Assembly (NCBI GenBank): GCA_032718475.1
Contig: JAUCBJ010005272.1
Span: 1 to 35,007, forward strand
DNA from: Nemertoderma westbladi
Taxonomy: Eukaryota > Animalia > Xenacoelomorpha
DNA: 35,007 nucleotides
Reading direction: 5' to 3'
The first letter of the stretch is position 1. The number at the start of each line of letters is the position of its first letter. The notes beneath the pieces are model-generated. The model saw only the letters and a program-made list of their open reading frames with translations. It did no database searches and was not told the origin of the DNA. The position numbers and the translations under genes are program-made. Of this stretch, positions 24,529 to 34,804 are shown piece after piece.

Positions 24529-24883
24529 TTAGCAACTGTCAGTTGCTAGTGACTTTGAAACAAGTGGTACTGGCATAACCGTGTTCACTGTTGTCGGTTG
24601 TGTTGTTGGTATGCCGTTTTGTCCGACGTCCCAGGCGAACACATAACTCCGTGAGTGGTGGGTATCCAGCCTCACTAGTAATGGTTGGTTGGATTCCTTA
24701 TGACCACTAGTGTTGTGAACCTGATTCTGTACTTCTTGGTCCAATCTGGTCAGTATGGTCACACAGGAAGGATCGTCTTGAGAGCTGCAGGCACTGGTGG
24801 GTATGGAACTGTCATCTATATAGGGAATTCTCGATTCACAAGGCAATCTGAAGCAATTTGGTGATATTCCTGGAAGTCTTGGG
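24529..24883 (-). CDS. Gene A terminal coding exon: cytoplasmic tail, no recognisable domain
   Basis: ttgttgcAG|C phase-2 acceptor runs in frame into the ORF-track ORF 24529..24846 (..PRLPGISPNCFRLPCESRIPY..SLATDSC*). Confidence 0.82.
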
Positions 24884-27800
24884 CTGCAACAATAATTAAA
24901 TTAATGTTTCTGATTAAATGTTTATTAAATCAATGTTAATCATCTGTTCACGCAAAATATACGGAAATAAAACCTGCAACAGGTAATCGTATATATTAGT
25001 AATACAGAACACTACATCATTATTGTGTAAATCTAGAACTAATAAATAATCGTAATTTAAACATCAAATTAAAATAAAATTAATATTAAATATTAGAAAT
25101 TAAAATATAATTTTTTAATAAGGGTGGAAAAAACATATTAAACTTATTTAAACCTTTGATAAAATAAACGAACTCACTTAGAAATCGCTTTGTGGCAGAA
25201 TGATTTGGCTGATGCATTACTGTTAGCAACGTATTCAACGATGTGATTGTGTTGGTTTCTTTGACGATGTCGTTTGCACAAACACAAAATTAGTAAACAA
25301 ATAATGATCATGAGAATTAACAGAATTCCCAGACAGAGGGCCACTGGGTAACTTTTGTCTTTAAAAACAGCTGTGGAGAAAACAAATAGTTGAGTAATAA
25401 ATTATGGTAATAAATAATGAAATATTTTTTCAATTGTAGGTATTTGTAACGGATATTTGGGTATTGCAGAATAGGTTAATAATTAAACGCGCTTGTGCAT
25501 TGTGCCACCAGTGGCGTATTAAATTATTATAATTAAATGTGCTAAGCACGATGAACTCAATTCGCCCCCTAGCTGCAGACAGGGAAACTATATAAGTCTG
25601 TCTGTGTGCAGAATTTCTAAACTTTTGATAGACTACATGTGTACCAAGTTTGGATCCATTTAATCCATGTGTAGAGCTAGGTACTCGAGCAGAGCTTTAA
25701 TAATTAATATATTCACTGTAATTTACTGGTTTTAATACAAATATATTTCATTTCTAGATTGCAGACAGCAACCTATGCAACGTATATGAAATTATAAAGA
25801 CAACTATATTATCGAGATAATTATGTTGAGGTAATATTCCTCAATTAGTTGATTCCGATAATTCTGTCATAGAAAAATCATTTGTTGATCTATTTTGTGA
25901 TGAATTGTCCCTCCAATTGGGGATTTTGGTGCTGTGGAATTCCGTCATTGTAATTTTCGTACATAAATGATGTTTTGAATTTCCCTCCAATATTTGTATC
26001 ACTTTTTATTATTTAAACTGTAATTGCAATTGGTGATGGGTTTCTCTCATATTATTATTATAATCTGGAAAGTTTAGCCAATTTTTGTTTTGTAGTGATA
26101 ATTAAGAAAATACTAGTTGATTTATTGTATAATAATATTAATTGATTTTTCATTTTCCTCTGACTTCATTTGTGTAACGGGAGTTATAGGATGTTGCAGC
26201 TGACATCTCCCATCCCCAGAAATACTGAGGGAAGAGATAGTAAATAAGTTATAGTAATAGAGATTATAAAATTAATATCCCATGCACTTAGTGGCTGGTC
26301 TTTTTAAAACCAGCCTTTATTGTCGGGTTCCAGTTCCAGAATTTTGTGAAAGCAGTGTTAGTCCCAAGCTTGTTGGAAGAGAAGTATCAGTGGATGCCAC
26401 TATAGAGTCTGGCTGGAAGACTTACTGGTAGGGAACCGATATTGGCAATGAACGTAGTCAATAGCTGATAGAATGCGCTCTAAACAAATTCAATAGCTCA
26501 GCTAGCTAATGTATAAATAATAACAAAATTACATGTAATTTACATTGTGCAATGGAGAAATTCGGTAATTTACATTCCAAAATCACAGATTAATTCATTA
26601 TTTATTACCTTGGAATTAGAAACATTGTGGATTGTAGCTACTAATAATTACATAAAATATAAACTTACTAATGGTATCTGGCGGTGGGCATCCTGGTAAA
26701 ACAGGCACTGTAACAGGCACTACATTTACATTAGGCACTGTAGGGCAACTAGAAATCCAGCATTCGTGGTAATACATCATAGGTTGAGATTCATCACTTG
26801 AAGCGAGTTCATGTCTCGCAGCTACAGTGACTTTGTACCAGGTGTCCAAAATTAGGTTATCTAGTATCAATTTGGTGTCAGACGTTGTAAACATTATTGA
26901 TATCTCTTCTTCATCACGTTTTACTCTAACATCTTGGTATATTTCGGATTCATTCCTGGAAAGAATGTCACCATTATAATGATAAATATTAAAATTATAG
27001 TAAAATAAAATAAATTACATGAACGATTTTGTTATACCTACCTACCGTTGTTATAATTATTCGTAATTTTGGTATTAGAGAAATATACTATACTGTGTAT
27101 ATTATGTACTGTATTTTCGATAAACAAACAGTGGCCAATAAATAGGGGTCGAAATGTAATAAATAATAACAACCTTAATGATTGGTTTATTAATATATAA
27201 AAAATATTCATTAAACTGTAAAAATTATTACCTTCAACGCAGAAAAATAATTCTAGTGTAAAATATGGTAAATAAGGATTCAATGGTAATGTTTTAAATT
27301 GTTTTCGAAAATAGTACATCCCCCCCCCCCCCCCCCCCCCCCCCCATTCACTCACCTATTTGCTTCTGTTTCATTATATTCTAGCTGGCGCTTTTCATAA
27401 GTTAAGGTAATACTATATGTAACGGAGGGCATATCTCCACTGTAACCTGGTACCCATTGTAATATAGCCTCTCCTGAAGCAGTTGGTGTTATTGATATGT
27501 TCGAAGGGGAATCAGGTGGAACTGAAATTTATAAGAGAGTTTTATTGAATCTTTTTGGTGCTGCCATTTCTATACACCGAGATATTTATAAGAGACCGTA
27601 CAATTAATTCAGTGTCATATTTTATGTAACATCAGATAATATCTTTCAATGTGATTTGCAGCTAAAAAATCCTTAATTATCCTGATATTTTATTCATAAT
27701 GAACATTGCAGTAGTTTTAAGTAGTCAGAATCAACATATGTTATGTAATTCAAATACGTAAATGTTAAGTATCTGATTTTCCAAATTAATTTATTTATTT

Positions 27801-30800
27801 TAATATTGCGTTGTAATAATAAAGATATGCGAGACATATGTTGGTTTCAGTATTACAGCTTTTATCAAATATGTTTCTACTAACAAAAATCATGGTAATA
27901 ACTTACATACTGTGAAACACCATTGGCAGGTTTTCCTGCATTTTTCCCACATGTATCGGGGATTGGAAACGCATTCATTACTGGCGTAATTCCCGCACTC
28001 TCCATCGCTATCCTCGCACGGAGGGAGTGTCTCCTTTGTGTAGCTGTCTACATGAAAGTCGTTGAGAGTGTAGGTTGGGTATGGAAGAGTCTCGGCACGG
28101 GCGAGACAACCAAACTTCGTGGCAAAATCACTAAATAGATCTGCAACAATGCATTAATTAATAATAATTGTTGTAAAATTACAAGTATGACACTTAAGTT
28201 TCTACATTAAACATGCCAAATTATTTAGAGGCACCTTCCTGTATCAGTGACTGACGCTGTGTGGACAATGTACACTTAGCTAAATGTTATAGAAAGCAGA
28301 ACATTTAATTCGGCAATTAAAATCTTCTTTATCTACTTTGCCATTGGCGCTTAATAGAAATAATTTATATTTAATCATATATGTTACAACGACACATAAG
28401 CGGAAAACAGCAATAAAATTGTAACAAATCGGAGTCCATAGTTGTTATATTATATATATATATTATATAATAATATAGGTTTATAATATAGGGCCATGGT
28501 GAGTAATTAACTTAAAGGAAGAACAGTAGTCTTACACCCCCAATAAAAAAGTTAATTTTAAAATAGTTAAGTTAATATTTATACATAACAACCCCCTGTT
28601 AGTCAGTATGTCGTTAACATCAACTATCATCTTATGGTGAGTAATTGACCGACTTAAGCGGACCCGTGTTAATAATGGTTCTTCCTTTATTAATATAATT
28701 AGGTTTTGTGCAGAAGCGAAAGACGTCACTGGGGGTTTTCAACCTATTCGGTCTCTTCAGTAACGCTACCAGTTCAGCCACATTCCCATGACTCCCTTAG
28801 TGCACTTCCATCGAATAGGCTTTAGTTGCACATCCTATATGTAACAGAGGACCTAGCATCCCCGAGTATGTTAGAGTTAAAGAGGAGGGAAGTACAAATA
28901 CATAAATATACAGTATTGCTTCCTGAAATGAATTAGAGTTGAGCTGAAGGTGTACTTATATTGGCCGCGTTAATGCGTTTTGACCTACAGTTGTAGGTCA
29001 AAACCTACCTAAGGACTTTACAGGGAAACTAACCTCGCTTCGAGCATCGGTTTATTGGTACATTTTTGCATGGAAATATTTCTTCTAGAACACTATACCC
29101 GCCAGTATCGTATTCTTGTAGACCTTCCCTGGTTGTAACATCACTATGGGCATGGTCAGCACTCTCCTCTCCCAAATCGTGGGAGTTAAAGAAACTTTGA
29201 GCAACTAAAATATATCGGAAAACAACAATTACGGACAAACCAAAAACAACAAACCATATTTTAATATATTCATTAGAAAATCATTCTAATTCAGTAAATT
29301 CTGAATTTGATCACCACAGATATCTACTTCCTTCCACCATAACAAGAAACAACTGATCTTCATTTGTCACTTTCCTAATTTTCAAGTTATGTTTTGAAAA
29401 TTCAATTGTAAAATATGAAAAATATATATTTAATATACAATTATAGGTTTTTATTACTTACGTTCAGCAAAATATTCAATATTATTTGTTCCAGCAAATA
29501 CATTTTGCCATTTACCGGCATTTACTGCTGCCGTATAGGCGTCTTTAATATCATTAAACATATCAGGAAAGTTTCTTTTCAGTGCAACGCCATGGACGGC
29601 ATGTATGAACTCATGAAGGAACATATCCTCGTTGCTGTAGAAGTCCTGTAGAATGAATATGTGTAGAATGAATATGTGTAGAATGAATATGTGTAGAATG
29701 AATATGTGTAGAATGAATATGTGTAGAATGAATATGTGTAGAATGAATATGTGTAGAATGAATATGTGTAGAATGAATATGTGTAGAATGAATATCTGTA
29801 GAATGAATATGTGTAGAATGAATATGTGTATAATGAATATGTGTAGAATGAATATGTGTAGAATGCATATGTGTAGAATGCATATGTGTATAATGAATAT
29901 GTGTAGAATGAATATGTGTAGAATGAATATGTGTAGAATGGATATGTGGTAGAATGAATATGTGGTAGAATGGATATGTGGGTAGAATGAATATGGTGGT
30001 AGAATGAATATGTGGTAGAATGCATATGTGGTATAATGGATATGTGGTAGAATGAATATGGTGGTAGAATGGATATCTGGTAGAATGAATATGGTGGTAG
30101 AATGGATATGGTGGTAGAATGAATATGTGGTAGAATGAATATGTGTAGAATGAATATGTGTAGAATGAATATGGTGGTAGAATGCATATGTGGTAGAATG
30201 GATATGGGGGTAGAATGGATATGTGGTAGAATGGATATGTGGTAGAATGGATATGTGGGTATAATGGATATGTGGTAGAATGGATATGCGGTAGAATGGA
30301 TATGTGGGTAGAATGAATAGGTGTAGAATGCATATGTGTAGAATGAATATGTGTAGAATGGATATGTGGTAGAATGGATATGTCAGGTGTAAATATATAT
30401 TATTCTACATATTATATATCGTAATCGTAAATGCGAATAGTGTAATAAATAATCTTGATTAGGCCTACTGTATAATAGGCCTACTGTATAATAGGCCTAC
30501 TGTATAATAGGCCTACTGTATAATAGGCCTACTGTATATTAGGCCTACTGTATAATAGGCCTACTGTATAATAGGCCTACTGTATAATAGGCCTACTGTA
30601 TAATAGGCCTACTGTATAATATGCCTACTGTATAATAGGCCTACTGTATAATAGGCCTACTGTATGCTGGTAAACAAAAATTCCCTTCATTCAGATACTT
30701 TTCAAAACTGACGGGCACATGAAAATCATGGCAATTATATTGGCTATGATTTATTTTAAAATGAATTTTTGATTTCAGTAAAAATTTTACATTCACAATT

Positions 30801-31663
30801 TAACAGTTTATTCAGTTTTTTGTATTTCGGAAATTTTCAGTTCAAGATGCGTCCTTTGTTTATTAATTCCCTTCAAATCGTATTTTTAATTTTATACTAT
30901 CCCGAGATATTATTTTATTATTTACAGGAATTAAGTCACCGTTTGTCAACAATTTATGCAATTTGCAAATTAATAATTTGGTACATGCCACATTTCATAA
31001 ATACCCGCAGGAGTACTATGTACCATCAAGATCTAAAATATCCACATTTTGTACTATTTTTACTATTATTCATTACTATTTACATTCACGTTTCCAACAC
31101 CTGTTGTTGGCTAATGTGTCATATGTAACATTGTGTACTAATATATTATTAAATATATTACTATTTATTTTATATTAATTAATTAAATAGTAAGTAGTAA
31201 ACCTTTTTTTTGGGATAACAATCAAGGTTTTCTTCGCCACCTGTGGAAATCAATGTTTCCAGTGTGGCTCCAATACCACGAACACCTTGGTTGCTATCCA
31301 ATAAATTATGTTCTGGAATATCGGTTGCCAATTCCGTCGTGGCGATAACACCGGCTCGTCCATAGGCGTTAAAGTAAGCGTCCCTTAAATCCCGTCTATC
31401 GGCGAACAGAAACCAAACCGTATAACAGGCTCGAGTTAGTGCACTGTCTGATACCTTGTCCGAGCTTATTATTGGAATACCGTAAGCATGGAGGTATTTC
31501 TTGTAGAAAGGAGATAGTTTGAGTTCTTCTTTCACAGAAATGGGAACCGGTGAAATGTATTTACAGTTGCAGTTTCTCCAAGATCTACCACGGTCAGGTA
31601 ATACTGCCAACTTGTCTTCCATATCTTTTGATAAAATCTTCCCTGTTGTATCTCCGACGGGAA
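24529..31663 (-). CDS. Gene A (5'-incomplete, 8 exons visible): type I membrane protein, zinc metallopeptidase-like domain + ShK + FN3 + TM + cytoplasmic tail
   Basis: Exons 31203-31663, 29462-29645, 29034-29204, 27907-28140, 27356-27521, 26669-26955, 25178-25370, 24529-24883 all have GT-AG boundaries. Their phases chain (1/0/1/1/1/2/1/2) into one stop-free frame of 683 aa ending at TAA 24529. Confidence 0.9.
25178..25370 (-). CDS. Gene A exon: transmembrane helix and juxtamembrane segment
   Basis: ttctccacAG|CT.. gives TVFKDKSYPVALCLGILLILMIIICLLILCLCKRHRQRNQ..: ~23 hydrophobic residues then a basic stop-transfer cluster. Donor AA|GTGAGT. Confidence 0.9.
26669..26955 (-). CDS. Gene A exon: second half of FN3 domain + Pro/Val-rich stalk
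   Basis: tttccAG|G.. gives NESEIYQDVRVKRDEEEISIMFTTSDTKLILDNLILDTWYKVTVAARHELASSDES.., matching the FN3 L...T.Y.V.V.A motif. Donor A|GTAAGT. Confidence 0.88.
27356..27521 (-). CDS. Gene A exon: first half of fibronectin type III domain
   Basis: tttcAG|TT.. gives PPDSPSNISITPTASGEAILQWVPGYSGDMPSVTYSITL.., the FN3 PPxxPxN..L.W.P..G...Y pattern. Donor AG|GTGAGT. Confidence 0.88.
27907..28140 (-). CDS. Gene A exon: linker + ShK (ShKT) domain
   Basis: ttgcAG|AT.. gives DLFSDFATKFGC..FHVDSYTKETLPPCEDSDGECGNYASNECVSNPRYMWEKCRKTCQWCFTV, a six-Cys ShK pattern ending CxxxCxxC. Donor T|GTAAGT. Confidence 0.92.
29034..29204 (-). CDS. Gene A exon: C-terminal end of metallopeptidase domain
   Basis: attttAG|TT.. 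gives LAQSFFNSHDLGEESADHAHSDVTTREGLQEYDTGGYSVLEEIFPCKNVPINRCSKR, donor G|GTTAGT. 171 bp, same as 10028-10198. Confidence 0.92.
29462..29645 (-). CDS. Gene A exon: zinc-binding HEFIH and EYFAE motifs (missing from the ORF track)
   Basis: cattctacAG|GAC.. gives DFYSNEDMFLHEFIHAVHGVALKRNFPDMFNDIKDAYTAAVNAGKWQNVFAGTNNIEYFAE, donor C|GTAAGT. 184 bp, same as paralogous exon 13405-13588. Confidence 0.93.
29648..30383. repeat. 15-bp minisatellite (GTGTAGAATGAATAT) grading into 16-17-bp variants
   Basis: Directly visible; abuts the splice acceptor at 29646-29647. Confidence 0.96.
30460..30665. repeat. 16-bp tandem repeat (TAGGCCTACTGTATAA), about 13 units
   Basis: Directly visible; each unit holds the palindrome TAGGCCTA. 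Confidence 0.96.
31203..31663 (-). CDS. Gene A exon: N-terminal half of metallopeptidase domain
   Basis: Acceptor ttttttcaattacAG|TTCCC. Translates ..PDRGRSWRNCNCK..LSPFYKKYLHAYGIPIISSDKVSD..TDIPEH..RGIGAT..STGGEENLDCYPKK. Donor AAG|GTTTAC is at the same codon position as the paralog's CAA|GTGAGT. Confidence 0.88.
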
Positions 31664-32145
31664 CTGTAATTGAAAAAAAATCTGACATATAATTGAATCC
31701 TGTGGTTTTTGATGTCAGTTTGGGTGGTTAGGGATTTTATGTAACCCGAACTACGTTAAATAGTAATCAAGTAATGATCATTTTTATTAAAAGTAAACTT
31801 TAGTTTACAAAAATAAATTTTCACAGGACTCAGATATTCTCAAATATGTAGCTAAAGTTCGACAAAAACTGGGTGGATAATTATTATTATTATTTATATA
31901 TTTATAAATATTTTTATTATTTATACTGTTGATATTACTATCATGACAACACAACGTGACAAATACAAATACAAATATGACAAATACATTATTTCGTAGA
32001 AAAAATCATGAACGTACGTACGATTATAATAATAAGTGGGAGTTAGGGTCCTAAGTTAAGGCAACTTATTAAATGATTAATAAAGTTTGAAAGCGAGATA
32101 TTGGGAGCAAGTTATTGAATAGGGAATGAAACATCTTTACTAATC

Positions 32146-34541
32146 TACCTGTGTGCTGGTGGTATCCTTGGCCTTACAGGGAGACCCGCTACCTACCTAT
32201 ACCTGTGTGCTGGTGGTATCCTTGGCCTTACAGGGAGACCCGCTACCTACCTATACCTGTGTGCTGGTGGTATCCTTGGCCTTACAGGGAGACCCGCTAC
32301 CTACCTATACCTGTGTGCTGGTGGTATCTTTGGCCTTACAGGGCGACCCGCTACCTACCTATACCTGTGTGCTGGTGGTATCCTTGGCCTTACAGGGCGA
32401 CCCGCTACCTACCTATACCTGTGTGCTGGTGGTATCCTTGGCCTTACAGGGCGACCCGCTACCTACCTATACCTGTGTGCTGGTGGTATCCTTGGCCTTA
32501 CAGGGAGACCCGCTACCTACCTATACCTGTGTGCTGTGCGTATGTTCAGCATACTTTCATTATATGGGATTCCTGATGAAATTATTGCAGCAATCAGATC
32601 AGTATACGATGGTTCGACAACATTTGTGTCTACTGTTGACGGTGACACAGAACCATTTGAAGTGTTATGGGGCGTCCTCCAAGGAGACACACTTGCACCA
32701 TTCTTGTTCATTATTGTGGTTGACTATGTTCTACGCATGTCCTTAGATCATCATAATGATGATGGGGTGATGATAACTCCACCTACTGGCTCCAGAAGTC
32801 GAGGAAATCCTGCCAAGTACCTAACTGATCTAGACTTTGCTGATGACTTAGGAGTACTCTCAGAATCATTAGAGGGAGCCCAACGGCTCCTCAGCTCATT
32901 AGAACATGCTGCTTCTAGTGTTGGTCTTTTTATTAACTCCAGAAAGACCAAAATTCTGACCGTTAACTTTGAAAGTCCTCAGCAAGTCTCTGATCGGATG
33001 AGCATAAGCTCAAAGGATGGTATGCTTGAGCATGTGGACGACTTCTGTTACCTGGGATCATGGATCCGGAAGTCAGGTGAGGACCTTCGAATACGTAAGG
33101 GAAAGGCATGGGCAGCCTTGAATAGGCTTTCCAGGATTTGGAAGTCACCGAGAATTAATCGGAAACTTAAGGTCCGATTATTTAGAGCAGCAGTAGTTCC
33201 AGTACTCCTCTATGGGAGTCCATGCTGGGCTCTAACTGCTGAGGACACCAAATCTCTGGATGGCACATTCACAAGAATGCTACGCCGGGTTCATTGTGTC
33301 AAGTACAATGCACACATCTCCAACCAGACACTATATAACATTGGAGGTGTCTCATTGGTTCCCCCAAGCTTGACACTAGAACAAAACCGCCTCCGCTTTG
33401 CAGGACATTGCTTTCGCCGTGAGGACCAGCCAGTGCATAATCTTGTACTTTGGCAGCCTCATGGAGTGAAAAAGCATGGTGGACAGCCCATGACTTTCTT
33501 GAGACGCATCTTAAAGGACACTGGCCTTAAAGATGCGGATGATCTAGCAAATGTCATGGGTGATAGGGAGTTGTGGCGGTGCAATTTTGTTGACAAGCCG
33601 GCACAGCATTCTTAAAAATGCAGCTGCAATGCAGCATGCCGATCCTAGTAGTAGTGTGCTGGTGGTATCCTTGGCCTTACAGGGAGACCCGCTACCTACC
33701 TATACCTGTGTGCTGGTGGTATCATTGGCCTTACAGGGAGACCCGCTACCTACCTATCCTATACCTGCGTGCTGGTGGTATCCTTGGCCTTACAGGGAGA
33801 CCCGCTACCTACCTATACCTGTGTGCTGGTGGTATCCTTGGCCTTACAGGGAGACCCGCTACCTACCTATACCTGTGTGCTGGTGGTATCCTTGGCCTTA
33901 CAGGGAGACCCGCTACCTACCTATCCTATACCTGCGTGCTGGTGGTATCTTTGGCCTTACAGGGAGACCCGCTACCTACCTATACCTGTGTGCTGGTGGT
34001 ATCCTTGGCCTTACAGGGAGACCTGCTACCTACCTATACCTGTGTGCTGGTGGTATCCTTGGCCTTACAGGGAGACCCGCTACCTACCTATCCTATACCT
34101 GTGTTCTGTTGGTGTCCTTGGCCTTACAGGGAGACCTGCTACCTACCTATACCTGTGTGCTGGTGGTATCCTTGGCCTTACAGGGAGACCCGCTACCTAC
34201 CTATCCTATACCTGCGTGCTGGTGGTATCCTTGGCCTTACAGGGAGACCTGCTCTCTACCTATACCTGCGTGCTGGTGGTATCCTTGGCCTTACAGGGAG
34301 ACCCGCTACCTACCTATCCTATACCTGCGTGCTGGTGGTATCCTTGGCCTTACAGGGAGACCTGCTCTCTACCTATACCTGCGTGCTGGTGGTATCCTTG
34401 GCCTTACAGGGAGACCCGCTACCTACCTATACCTGTGTGCTGGTGGTATCCTTGGCCTTACAGGGAGACCCGCTACCTACCTATACCTGTGTGCTGGTGG
34501 TATCCTTGGCCTTACAGGGAGACCCGCTACCTACCTATACC
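32146..34541. repeat. 54-bp minisatellite with 59-bp variants, interrupted by a LINE
   Basis: Unit TACCTGTGTGCTGGTGGTATCCTTGGCCTTACAGGGAGACCCGCTACCTACCTA; 18-aa period in the spurious ORFs. Confidence 0.97.
32537..33653 (+). mobile_element. Young 5'-truncated RTE-clade LINE with (TAG)n tail and 8-bp TSD
   Basis: Intact ~359-aa RT frame with only 4 aa differences from the copy at 15248-16237. GTGTGCTG at 32529-32536 and 33654-33661. Confidence 0.96.
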
Positions 34542-34804
34542 CGTTATGAACGGCTGTAAAGAAACCAGCATGTTTCAATTGTAATATAATAATACTTTCT
34601 TACGTTTATACATTGCACCGAAATGAGGTAGTGTTTGCATTATTTAATAAAATGTATTTCTGATATATAGATTATTCTCCTTAAGAAATATATTAAATAA
34701 ATTATTGGATATCCATTGAGCCCCCCAGTGTAAGTAGTGGTGCATTCCTATTGTATGTTATTGTCGCTTTGGTCAATATGCTAATTTAATCATATTTACT
34801 TATA

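Noticed and set aside
24529-25260. ITIM/ITAM motifs in the gene A tail
   Set aside because: The tyrosines (EYVAN, PYIDD, SYVFA) lack the required +3 aliphatic residue.
27923-28138. Plus-strand ORFs at 27923-28138 and 29415-29651, and similar short antisense ORFs over the LINEs
   Set aside because: Shadows of minus-strand exons or RT frames.
29579-30333. YSFYT / HIHST / MNMCR repeat ORFs
   Set aside because: Translations of the 15-bp satellite; the real exon 29462-29645 is in a different frame.
3263-31663. Reading A and B as one gene with two peptidase repeats
   Set aside because: Gene A has a TM exon and a stop at 24529, and gene B has its own ATG and signal-like peptide.
31930-32010. Possible signal-peptide exon for gene A (MIFLRNNVFVIFVFVFVTLCC..)
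   Set aside because: Needs a 1-nt deletion in a T6 run to be in frame, the donor is poor, and the hydrophobicity comes from a short TTTGTA repeat.
32151-34584. Overlapping ORFs (CWWYPWPYRETRYLPIPV etc.)
   Set aside because: All three frames are open because the 54-bp unit has no stops; 59-bp variants shift frame freely.
34604-34640. Alternative first exon for gene A (MQTLPHFGAMYK, donor C|GTAAGA, phase 1)
   Set aside because: Phase-compatible but gives no signal peptide for a type I membrane protein; unsupported without transcripts.
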